Positions 47,468 to 56,284 of a stretch of 64,000 nt of DNA are shown here, in pieces (the first letter of the stretch is position 1; each line of letters begins with the position of its first letter). The position numbers and the translations under genes were made by a program. The DNA comes from Desulfofustis sp. GTDB taxonomy: Bacteria; Desulfobacterota; Desulfobulbia; Desulfobulbales; Desulfocapsaceae. Below the pieces are notes generated by a model. It was not told the DNA's origin. It did no database searches and saw nothing but the letters and a program-made list of their open reading frames with translations. The stretch covers positions 2,846 to 66,845 of the forward strand of contig JAJDNR010000080.1 in the NCBI GenBank assembly GCA_022340565.1. Direction: 5' to 3'.

Positions 47468-47916
47468 ATATGATTACCCGCCTGAAATTTATCGGTGCCT
47501 TGCCCCCCATCATTGCGGCCAGCTCGCAGAGTACCAGGAATCGCCTCATATTACTTCCGGTAAATCACACCATTGACAACCCGGACGGATCGGACGGCCC
47601 AGCCGGACCATGTTCTCCACCGCCACGTTGTAGCGTTGTTCCCGACGGGATAATTCATATCTTTACTGTAGCTGCACAAGCCGTGTCCGCGGGCCGGCTG
47701 ACCGGTCGATTCTTCCTGTTTCGGCGATGGGGGGTACCATGAATATCAGCCTGCGATTAGGCTTCCTTTTCTTGCTTATCATCCTGGTGAGCATGTTTCT
47801 CGCTCCTTCCCGTGTCGCTCCCGTAACCCCCAACGACTGTCCCTTGCAGACGGTTTCATGTCTGGAACTATGGTCGGGCTTTCAGCCGCTAATCATTGAG
47901 AATGGTGGAGGTGAAC

Positions 47917-48381
47917 ATGTATAAGAAGATCATGGTTCCTCTCGACGGTTCGGAGCTTGCCGAATGCGTGCTGCCCCATGTCGAGGCGATCGCCAACGGA
48001 TTTCCCGTCAAAGAGCTGGTAATCCTGCGGGTAGTCGAGCCGGAGCGGGTCTATGCGGTGGCCGACTCGCCGATCGATCCGAATCTTGCCTCGGCCCGCG
48101 AGGCCGAGGGCAAAAAACGTGCCGAAGACTATCTGGCCGAGGTCGTCAACCGTTTGGATGTGCCAGGACTGACGATCAAGACCAAAGCGATCGTCGGGCG
48201 GGTGGCTGAGAGCCTCGTCGACTACTGTGTTGATGAGCGGATCGATCTGATCATCATAGCCACCCACGGACGCTCGGGAGTGACGCGCTGGGTAAGGGGG
48301 AGCGTGGCCGACAAGATTCTCAGGTCGTCGAAAATACCGGTGCTGATGATCAGGGCTCCGGGTACCGAACAGGGGATTTAA
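47917..48381 (+). CDS. universal stress protein (UspA family)
   Basis: MYKKIMVPLDGSELAE...DLIIIATHGRSGVTRWVRGSVADKILRSSKIPVLMI. ATG at 47917 with GGTGGAGG upstream. Confidence 0.85.
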   Translation: MYKKIMVPLDGSELAECVLPHVEAIANGFPVKELVILRVVEPERVYAVADSPIDPNLASAREAEGKKRAEDYLAEVVNRLDVPGLTIKTKAIVGRVAESLVDYCVDERIDLIIIATHGRSGVTRWVRGSVADKILRSSKIPVLMIRAPGTEQGI

Positions 48382-48533
48382 TCTGGCCAATCACGCAATC
48401 GCCCTCTTGCTTTCGGGTGTTTTGTCGCCTATCTGTATGTATGGAGACGAACGCAGTGGTGTGCCGGCTGCACCCGATCTTCTGCATCCCTCATAAACAT
48501 GAATCGGCGCGGTAAAAAAAAGGAGCCCCCCGG

Positions 48534-48824
48534 ATGAGTGCATACCTGATCGTAGACACCAGGATTCATAACGATGCCGAGTATGAGGAGTATAAGAAGC
48601 GCGCCAGACCGATTGTCGAAAAATTTGGCGGCATTTACCGGGCCCGGGGCGGAGCGCTGGATATCAGGGAAACAGATCTGTGGACCCCGACGCGCATCGT
48701 TATCGTCGAATTTCCGGATGTCAAATCCGCCCAGGATTTTCTGGACTCGGATGAATATGCCCCGGTGAAATCGCTGCGCCACAAACATGCTGATTGCACC
48801 CTGTTCATCATCGATGGAGCGTAA
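48534..48824 (+). CDS. DUF1330 domain protein
   Basis: 96 aa. MSAYLIVDTRIHNDAEYEEYKK...VIVEFPDVKSAQDFLDSDEYAPVK is the typical DUF1330 pattern. Confidence 0.8.
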   Translation: MSAYLIVDTRIHNDAEYEEYKKRARPIVEKFGGIYRARGGALDIRETDLWTPTRIVIVEFPDVKSAQDFLDSDEYAPVKSLRHKHADCTLFIIDGA

Positions 48825-48829
48825 AAAGC

Positions 48830-49753
48830 GTGGTGGTGAATTTTGCACAGGCCCTGGAGCAGTTTCCGGTCATATTGAGTGAATGCGCCGTTTCCGAGCG
48901 GCTGCGACGGCTGTCCGGTATTGACATCCATCCGACCCTCTTCAATACCCCGCTGATCTATGATGACAAGGGCAGGGCCGCACTCGAAGATATTTACCTG
49001 AGCTATATCGTGGTTGCCCGGCGCGCCAAACTGCCGATCCTTATCTGTGCACCGACCTGGCGGGTCGACCGGGAGCGCGTCGAGGCTGCCGGCGTCCCCA
49101 AAACGATCAATGGTGATGCGGTCAGCTTCATGACAGAACTCAAAGATCGAAGCGTTACGGTCGACTCCGAGATCATGGTCGGGGCGCTGCTGGCCCCGAA
49201 ACATGATTGTTATGCTCCCGACCAGGCTCTGGGCAGGCGCCAGGCATCAGAATTCCACGGTTGGCAGATCGATGAACTGGCCGCATCGAAAGCGGACGTG
49301 ATCGTCGCCCAGACCATGCCGGCCGTCAGTGAATCGCTTGGCATGGCCGACCGGCTCGGCGCTTCAGGTAAACCGTATATCATCAGCTTCGTGATCGATC
49401 GCTTTGGAAAGGTGCTCGACGGGACCCCGCTCGGTGAAGCGATGGACCGCATCGACCAGGCCGCAGCGTGTCCTCCGGCCGGGTATATGGTCAACTGCGT
49501 GTATCCGAGCTTTGTCGATGCGGGCCGTCAACCCGCCGGTTTCTTCACCCGGATGATCGGCATCCAGGCCAATGCCTCATCCAGGGATCATGCGGAACTC
49601 GATGGAGCCGAAGTGCTGATGCGGGACCCGCTGCCCGACTGGTGCCAAAACATGCTGGCGCTCAACAGGGAATACGGGGTTAAAATCCTCGGCGGATGCT
49701 GCGGAACCGACGATACCTACCTGCAGTGCCTCGCCGGGTCTCTTCAGCAGTGA
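48830..49753 (+). CDS. homocysteine S-methyltransferase family protein
   Basis: C-terminal zinc-ligand block ILGGCCGTDDTYL and a mid-protein NCVYP. The start is uncertain (three GTGs at 48830-48838; the track ATG at 48794 overlaps the previous gene). Confidence 0.8.
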   Translation: MVVNFAQALEQFPVILSECAVSERLRRLSGIDIHPTLFNTPLIYDDKGRAALEDIYLSYIVVARRAKLPILICAPTWRVDRERVEAAGVPKTINGDAVSFMTELKDRSVTVDSEIMVGALLAPKHDCYAPDQALGRRQASEFHGWQIDELAASKADVIVAQTMPAVSESLGMADRLGASGKPYIISFVIDRFGKVLDGTPLGEAMDRIDQAAACPPAGYMVNCVYPSFVDAGRQPAGFFTRMIGIQANASSRDHAELDGAEVLMRDPLPDWCQNMLALNREYGVKILGGCCGTDDTYLQCLAGSLQQ

Positions 49754-49798
49754 GGGGGAATGTCCTCACCGGGCCAGAAACCTTAATTCGGGGTGAAT

Positions 49799-50332
49799 AT
49801 GAGTGATTTAAGCCAGTTGCAGAAAAAGCAGAACCAGACTTTTATGCTGGCTCTGGTTAATTTCGTATTATTCATGGTCCTTTTCACCGGACTGGGGTAT
49901 CTCGCCTGGCAGTCGGCGCGGCTGGTGAATCAACTGCAGGCCGACCTGGATCGGGCGGAACAGACGATCGCCGACCTGCAGGACCGGTTTCAGAACATGG
50001 ATACCGGGCAGATCGTCGACCGGCTGGTGGCATCTGCCACAGAGCAGCTTGGAGAATCGATCAGAACCGTGGTACAGGCCTCGGCGCTTACCGACCCGAT
50101 CGAGCGGGCATCAGAAAAACTGGCCGCGACCGGGAACCTGCTGGCCGATACGGGGCAGGCCATCGAGGAGATCCATGAAACAATCAAAGGCGTGGACAGC
50201 GAGGAGATCGCCAGGCTGGTTTCCTATCACCTGCTGAAAGGGCTGGGAGACGGCTTTCAGGAAGCTGCCGAGAGCCGCAAGCCCGATTTTCTGAACGCGC
50301 CGCAGGCCAGTGCCCGCCGACCGGCTGACTAA
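49799..50332 (+). CDS. membrane-anchored coiled-coil hypothetical protein
   Basis: Single TM segment (FMLALVNFVLFMVLFTGLGYLAW) followed by a helical Q/E/D-rich region. No family recognised. Confidence 0.55.
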   Translation: MSDLSQLQKKQNQTFMLALVNFVLFMVLFTGLGYLAWQSARLVNQLQADLDRAEQTIADLQDRFQNMDTGQIVDRLVASATEQLGESIRTVVQASALTDPIERASEKLAATGNLLADTGQAIEEIHETIKGVDSEEIARLVSYHLLKGLGDGFQEAAESRKPDFLNAPQASARRPAD

Positions 50333-51174
50333 GGGATGCGCAGCAGAATGACGCCGGCAAGCGTCAGCAGCACCGCGAGCCCTTTCAGCCAGGTCAGTCG
50401 TTCCTTCAGTACCAGGACTCCGAGCAGCAGCGCAAAAATAACCGAGGTTTCCCGCAGCGAGGCGACCAGCGCGATCGGCGCTTTGGTGAACGACCAGATC
50501 ACCAGCGCATAGGCGAGAAACGAAATGCCGCCGCCGAACAACGTTGCCGGAATATGGCGTGTCACAACCCGTGCTACCGTGCCGGGCCGAGTTCTGGCGA
50601 TGATAATGGTAAAGATGACCCCGTTGATGATCGTCAGGCTTCCATAGAACCCGAGCGCCGTGCCTCCGACCCGCGCGCCCATGCCGTCGACAACCGAATA
50701 AGATGATATGAATCCGGCGGTGATGATGGCCAGCAGCGCAGAGTTCGAGCCGGCCCCCGAAGCTTTCCTGCTGGATGTAAAAGCGAGGCTGATGATTCCC
50801 GCGGCGATGATGCAGAGTGCCGCGACCTGAAGGGGAGCGTAGCGTTCTCCGAGCAGCAGGATCGAAACGATTGCGGTGATGAGCGGTGCCGATCCCCGCG
50901 CCATCGGATACACCTGGCTCAGGTCCCCGAAGCGGTAGGAGTTGAGAAGGAACACCTGGTACCCGGTGTGCAGCAACGCCCCGACGAGCACATACGGCCA
51001 GGCGGCAGCAGCGACAGCAGGGGCGTAGAGCACCGCGGCGGCTCCGAAGGGAATGTGGCCGGCAACGACCGCGGTCATGCCCCGGTACGGGTCATCGGAG
51101 CGCTTGACCAGAAAATTCCAGGTGGCGTGGCAGAGTGCGGCGATCAGCACCACAACGATTACCGTGGGCTCCAA
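50329..51174 (-). CDS. EamA/DMT family transporter
   Basis: 281 aa with about 10 TM segments arranged as two EamA-like halves. Confidence 0.85.
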   Translation of the reverse strand: MEPTVIVVVLIAALCHATWNFLVKRSDDPYRGMTAVVAGHIPFGAAAVLYAPAVAAAAWPYVLVGALLHTGYQVFLLNSYRFGDLSQVYPMARGSAPLITAIVSILLLGERYAPLQVAALCIIAAGIISLAFTSSRKASGAGSNSALLAIITAGFISSYSVVDGMGARVGGTALGFYGSLTIINGVIFTIIIARTRPGTVARVVTRHIPATLFGGGISFLAYALVIWSFTKAPIALVASLRETSVIFALLLGVLVLKERLTWLKGLAVLLTLAGVILLRIP

Positions 51175-51207
51175 TCAAGCCTCCGTTCGTAGTGTGAATT
51201 GATCAGA

Positions 51208-51552
51208 TCAGTTAAACGCGGTCTGTTGAAACACATTCTGAGCGAAGAATAGACAGATAAAGCTGATAATGCCAGCCAATAGTGGGGTGGTCAGCCAGCC
51301 GCAGGTGATTCCGCCGACCACTTTCCAACGGATAGATCGTCCCCCTTTCAGCAGTCCCATGCCGATAACCGCGCCGACAATGGCCTGTGAACTGGAGACC
51401 GGAACCAGCGGAAGCGATGGCAGCCCGTGGCCGATGAGAAACCGCTCCAGCCCTTGGGACGCGAACAGGGATAAAACGATGGAATGTGACAGGGCCGCCA
51501 CGAACGCCATGATCGGAGAGAGCCGAAAAATGCCGCTGCCGACCGTGTCCAT
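51208..51552 (-). pseudogene. C-terminal remnant of a PiT-family inorganic phosphate transporter
   Basis: PVSSSQAIVGAVIGMGLLKGGRSIRWKVVGGITCGWLTTPLLAGIISF matches the C-terminal PiT signature repeat. Only about 114 codons remain and the tctA stop lies 80 nt upstream, leaving no room for the N-terminal roughly 300 aa. Confidence 0.6.
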
Positions 51553-51631
51553 GAACCGTTTCTGATCAATGCCGACCCTGTTTTTAAAACCTTAATGAAT
51601 GACATTGGCCTTAGTTCGCTGAGATGATCGA

Positions 51632-53143
51632 TTACTCTGCGCTGGTATCGGATTGGCGCTCGACGTCAGCTTTTTTCCTTCCTGACTGCCTGGAAATCTG
51701 GATAATCGGCGGTATGAGCAGAACCAGGATGATAGCCCACAGGATAATTGCCTGGGGTCTGGTAAAAAAGATCGAATAGCTGCCGTGGCCGATTATCAAC
51801 GCCTGCGCAAAACCCGATTCGGCGATCGGGCCAAGGATCAGGCCGAGGATCAGCGCTCCGAGCGAAAAGCCGGTCCGGTGCAGGATTACGGCAGCTATCC
51901 CGCAGATCAGGGCGACAAAGATATCGAGTATGCTGTTGTTCATCGCGTATGAGCCCAGCAGCGAAAAAAGGCAGACGACCGGGATCAGGATAGGGGTGGG
52001 GATCAGGGAAATACGTGCAAAATAGGGAGCCATCGTCAGTCCGATAAAGAGAAAGATGATGTTTGCAAGAAACAGCGAAAGGATGAATGCATACGTCATT
52101 ACACCGTATTTCGAGAACAACTCGGGACCGGGGATCAAACCGTGGATGATGAGGCCGCCCATAAGCGCTGCGGCCACGCTGTTGCCGGGAATTCCCAGGG
52201 TCAACGTCGGAACCAGGGAGCCACCGACACATCCGTTGTTGCCGGACTCCGCAGCGGCGATCCCTTCCGGGTTGCCGTGTCCGAACAGATGCTTCTTCTT
52301 GGAGTACTGGCGGGCAAAGTTGTAACTGAGAAAGGCCGCAATCGTGGCCCCTTCCCCTGGCAGAACCCCGACCACGGTACCGGTGATGGAGCCGAGCCCG
52401 ACAAACTTTTTGAGGCCTTTGGGGAAGGGCTCCCGCTTAATTTTCTGAAGCGTTGAGGTATCGGTGACGATTCGTTTGGTACTGGTCAGGTCGAGCATCT
52501 GGGAAATTGAAAACATGCCGATCAGAGCCGGCATGAACGAAACCCCGTCGTAGAGGTCGGTCAATCCCAGCGTATATCGCAGTTGACCTGAGATCGGGTC
52601 GGTGCCGATGACCGCGATGACAAGACCGAGCAGCCCTGAAATCAGCGCTTTGACCAGGCTGCTTTCATCATCGGCCATCGAGACGATTCCGACAAGACCG
52701 AGAATGGCGAGAAGAAAATATTCCGGCGGGCCGAAAGTCAACGCAAAAATTGCCAGAATCGGCGCCACCATAAGCAGAACAAAGGTGGAAAAGACGCCGC
52801 CGCAAAAACTGGCAATGACCGAAACCTTCAACGCCAGCCCGCCATGTCCTTGCCTACTCATCGGATACCCTTCCATTGCCGTCGCCACAGCTGCCGGGGT
52901 TCCGGGTGTGCGCAGCAGGATGGCGGGTATTGATCCCCCGTACATCGCACCGCAATAGACCCCACCCATCAAGATCAAACCGGTGAGCGGCTCAAGAACA
53001 AACGTGACGGGGATCAGCAGCGCTACCGCCATGGTGGCGGTCAGACCGGGCATACCGCCGACCAGCACCCCGGAAACCGTGCCGATGAATACCGCTAGCA
53101 GCGAGGACGGCGCTAGAAGGGCTTGAAGAGATTCAAAAATCAT
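51632..53143 (-). CDS. tctA: tripartite tricarboxylate transporter permease
   Basis: 503-aa polytopic protein with TctA-type blocks (GGMPGLTATMAVALLIP, GYPMSRQG) in a tctC-B-A gene order. Confidence 0.9.
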   Translation of the reverse strand: MIFESLQALLAPSSLLAVFIGTVSGVLVGGMPGLTATMAVALLIPVTFVLEPLTGLILMGGVYCGAMYGGSIPAILLRTPGTPAAVATAMEGYPMSRQGHGGLALKVSVIASFCGGVFSTFVLLMVAPILAIFALTFGPPEYFLLAILGLVGIVSMADDESSLVKALISGLLGLVIAVIGTDPISGQLRYTLGLTDLYDGVSFMPALIGMFSISQMLDLTSTKRIVTDTSTLQKIKREPFPKGLKKFVGLGSITGTVVGVLPGEGATIAAFLSYNFARQYSKKKHLFGHGNPEGIAAAESGNNGCVGGSLVPTLTLGIPGNSVAAALMGGLIIHGLIPGPELFSKYGVMTYAFILSLFLANIIFLFIGLTMAPYFARISLIPTPILIPVVCLFSLLGSYAMNNSILDIFVALICGIAAVILHRTGFSLGALILGLILGPIAESGFAQALIIGHGSYSIFFTRPQAIILWAIILVLLIPPIIQISRQSGRKKADVERQSDTSAE

Positions 53144-53216
53144 CGAATATCCCTCTTGAAATCAACTGTTATACGGTACGGTAAGTCCTGCCAGGCGGGG
53201 CCGAGGCCCCGCCCAC

Positions 53217-53669
53217 TCAGAACAGCGTTGCTTGGGGTAATGGTACGCCCAGAAGTTTGGCGAAGACCAGATAGACAAAAATGAGCACCCCCCCTGAGGT
53301 AAGCGCGACCGACCAGATGTTTCGTGCACCGAGTACCATCATTGCAACCGGCAAAAACAGCGCCGAGATGATATAAAATCCCAGGTACTCGAGGAGTATC
53401 GAGTAGATGAACATCAGGATCAGCAGACTCCAGAATCGAAACGGAGCGGAGGTGACATTGAGTTTCTTGCCCTCTTCTCTTCCTCGTTTTCTCAACCAGA
53501 GCCCCATCTCGATCAGGCAGAGAAGGCCCAGCCAGACACTGAGAAATCGGACATAAGTCGCGGTTGAGCCTTGGACCATTTTCGGATATTCAGCAGTGCT
53601 CAGGTACAAGGCAAAAGCCGCGATCAGAAATCCGACCAGGAGGATTATTTCAGCGAACCGTCTCGTCAT
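53217..53669 (-). CDS. tctB: tripartite tricarboxylate transporter small subunit
   Basis: 150 aa with four TM segments, lying between the tctC-like and tctA-like genes. Confidence 0.75.
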   Translation of the reverse strand: MTRRFAEIILLVGFLIAAFALYLSTAEYPKMVQGSTATYVRFLSVWLGLLCLIEMGLWLRKRGREEGKKLNVTSAPFRFWSLLILMFIYSILLEYLGFYIISALFLPVAMMVLGARNIWSVALTSGGVLIFVYLVFAKLLGVPLPQATLF

Positions 53670-53675
53670 GATCTT

Positions 53676-54617
53676 CTACCAAGGTGTCGTCTCATAGAAT
53701 TTCTGGGTTTCTGCCTGCAGTTCGACCAGGTATTTTTTATAATCCGGCCCGCTCATCGGATGCAGAATCATGACGTCTTTCTCGCAGGCTTCGATGAATT
53801 CTTTGTCGCTCATCACGTCCGCGACCAGCTTGTCGAGGGTTGCAGCGACCTCCGCGTCAATACCGGCAGGAGCAACCCAGCCGCGGGTGGCCGTCATGCT
53901 GACTGGAACATTGAGTTCCTTCGCGGTGGGGACATCGGGAATGATGTCCGAACGCTTGTCGTCCAGGATTGCGATGATGCGTGCAGTGCCGTCCTTGTGT
54001 TGACCGTGCAGCTGGGTCACGTTCATAAAGGATGCGTCGATATGGCCTCCGAGAATCATCGCCTTCTGTTCGGTCGAGCCTTTGGTCGGCAGCAGGTTGA
54101 AGGTCACTCCGGTGTGGTTTTCGAACTTCTTCGCGGCAACAAAGTCGTCTGAGCCGATACCGTTGACGGCGACAGTCAGTTCCTTCGCTTTCGCGGCTGC
54201 GATGAAATCGTCAAGCGTCTTGATCTCACTGGTGGCCGGGACGGCGATGATCAGCGGATCCTGCATCATGTTGCCGATGATGTGGAAGCTGTCGAGCGTG
54301 TAGTCCGCCCGTTTGGAAACGATATGGGCGACTATCTGGGTGGTGAAAATCATGCCGATGGTGTAGCCGTCGGGCTTGGCCCTGGCGATCTCCTCGAAGC
54401 CTTTCTGGCCGCCTGAACCACCGACGTTTTTGACGACAAAATCTGCGTCAGGTATGAATTTCTTGGCCGACTTGATAAAAAGCCGTGCCGTCGTATCTGT
54501 GGAACCACCTGCATTGGACGGAACGATAATGGTGATCGGTTTTTCCGGATAGGCACCGAAAGCAAGAACCGGTGTCATCATGAGGGCAATGAGTAGTGCG
54601 GTGAGGGTCTTTTTCAT
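53676..54617 (-). CDS. tctC: tripartite tricarboxylate transporter substrate-binding protein (Bug family)
   Basis: Signal peptide, then YPEKPITIIVPSNAGGSTDTTARLF, the canonical Bug/TctC N-terminal block. Confidence 0.85.
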   Translation of the reverse strand: MKKTLTALLIALMMTPVLAFGAYPEKPITIIVPSNAGGSTDTTARLFIKSAKKFIPDADFVVKNVGGSGGQKGFEEIARAKPDGYTIGMIFTTQIVAHIVSKRADYTLDSFHIIGNMMQDPLIIAVPATSEIKTLDDFIAAAKAKELTVAVNGIGSDDFVAAKKFENHTGVTFNLLPTKGSTEQKAMILGGHIDASFMNVTQLHGQHKDGTARIIAILDDKRSDIIPDVPTAKELNVPVSMTATRGWVAPAGIDAEVAATLDKLVADVMSDKEFIEACEKDVMILHPMSGPDYKKYLVELQAETQKFYETTPW

Positions 54618-54704
54618 CGTGTTCTCCTTTTGAGTTAATAGGTGAAAGCCGCGACGCAGGGAGCTGTGTCCTGGCGGTCAGGCCGGCATAACTGGACATC
54701 TGAT

Positions 54705-54720
54705 TACAAACCTCGTGCCA
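54705..54720 (-). promoter_or_regulatory. candidate sigma-54 promoter for tctCBA
   Basis: The minus strand reads (C)TGGCACGAGGTTTGTA. The -24 half TGGCACG is perfect; the -12 half is TTGT instead of TTGC. It predicts a leader of about 77 nt to the tctC ATG, and a sigma-54 activator gene is adjacent. Confidence 0.45.
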
Positions 54721-54940
54721 GGACCTGACTACATTGGTAAGATATTGTTATTAATATTTAATAGTCTGTTTGGCGAAGGTTGGTCCAAGCCCATTTCCGG
54801 GTCATGCCGGTGTCTCATGATCGCGGGTGAACGGCTGACTGAGCATGATTTTGGCGGGAAGAAGGAGGTTGGGACAAAATCGCACCAGATGAGTCAATGT
54901 TGACTCAAACTGTCACGACGTGAGGCGGGCGACGGATCGG

Positions 54941-56284
54941 CTACGATTTCCTGATATCCAGCTTCTGCATCCTGAGATAGAGACGCTTTCTCGGTATCTT
55001 CAGGAGGTTGGCAGCTTTCTCGATTCGCCCGCCGGTCCGGTCGAGCGCGTCGAGAATCAGCTGCCTCTGATAACGGTTGACCAGCTCATCGAATCCGGGA
55101 GTCAAATCGGTATTCACCGGGTGATCATGAGCCGAGCCGATATCGAGTTCGAGTCCCAGCACGAACTGCTGCGCCACGTTTCTGAGTTCCCGGATGTTGC
55201 CCGGCCAGCGGTATCTTTGGAGCTGTTCGGTGAGGCTGCGCGAGCGTTCAGGCAGTGTTTTTCCGAATTTCATCGCCATTGCTTGCGCATAAAAATTGAA
55301 AATGGGCAGGATGTCTCCGGCACGCTCGCGCAGCGGTGCGATCGCCACCCGGGCAACATTGAGCCGATAGAACAGGTCCTCTCTGAACTGCTGTTGTTTT
55401 ACCGCCTCTCTGAGATCGATCTTCGACGCGGCGACAACCCGGAAGTCAACATCGATAAGCTGGCTGCCGCCGACCCGTTCGATTTTACGCTCCTGCAGGG
55501 CCCGGAGCAGCTTGATCTGGGCTGCGGCGGGCATTGACTCTACCTCATCGAGAAACAGGGTTCCCTTGTGGGCCTGTTCGATCTTGCCGATTCTTTGATC
55601 AACGGCGCTGGTAAAGGCGCCCTTTTCATGGCCGAACAATTCGCTTTCGATGAGTTCAGCCGGGATCGCCCCGCAGTTGACCGGGACGAACTCGCCTTTG
55701 CTTCGGTTTCCCAACTCGTGCAGACAGCAGGCTGCCAACTCCTTGCCGACACCTGTTTCGCCGATCAGCAGCACGTCGACGTCGATCCCCGAAAGCGAAG
55801 TCAGAACTTTCCGCAGTTCGGCGGCCTGCTCCGATTCACCCAGGATCGTCGAGCGGATATCGCCGCCCCCGTTTTTCACCCTGCGCGTGACCTGCTCGCT
55901 TTCCAGCACGATACGTCTCGTCTCAAGGGCTCTGCGGGCGACATCGAGGAGGCGTTCGGGCGGAGACGGTTTTTCCAGGAAATCGAAAGCCCCGGCATGC
56001 ATCGCATCGATCGCCATCGGTATGTCGCCGTGACCAGTCAGGATCACCACCGGTATTCCCGTCGAGATTTTCCGAATTTCCGCGAACAACTCGAGTCCGC
56101 TGATCCCCGGCATCCTCACATCGGTGATCACCGCCCCGAGCCAGTCCTGATGGATAAGATCCAACGCCTCTCTGCCGTCCTGGAAGGTTTTTATCTGAAA
56201 TCCCTCGAGCTGAAACATCTGATTGCAGGCATGCAGAATTTCGGTTTCGTCGTCGATGAAAAAGATCTCGCCAATCGGTTTCAT
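54941..56284 (-). CDS. sigma-54-dependent response regulator (DctD/NtrC family)
   Basis: VITDVRMPGISG receiver; GETGVGKE; ESELFGHEKGAFTSA; C-terminal Fis-type HTH GRIEKAANLLKIPRKRLY. Confidence 0.9.
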   Translation of the reverse strand: MKPIGEIFFIDDETEILHACNQMFQLEGFQIKTFQDGREALDLIHQDWLGAVITDVRMPGISGLELFAEIRKISTGIPVVILTGHGDIPMAIDAMHAGAFDFLEKPSPPERLLDVARRALETRRIVLESEQVTRRVKNGGGDIRSTILGESEQAAELRKVLTSLSGIDVDVLLIGETGVGKELAACCLHELGNRSKGEFVPVNCGAIPAELIESELFGHEKGAFTSAVDQRIGKIEQAHKGTLFLDEVESMPAAAQIKLLRALQERKIERVGGSQLIDVDFRVVAASKIDLREAVKQQQFREDLFYRLNVARVAIAPLRERAGDILPIFNFYAQAMAMKFGKTLPERSRSLTEQLQRYRWPGNIRELRNVAQQFVLGLELDIGSAHDHPVNTDLTPGFDELVNRYQRQLILDALDRTGGRIEKAANLLKIPRKRLYLRMQKLDIRKS

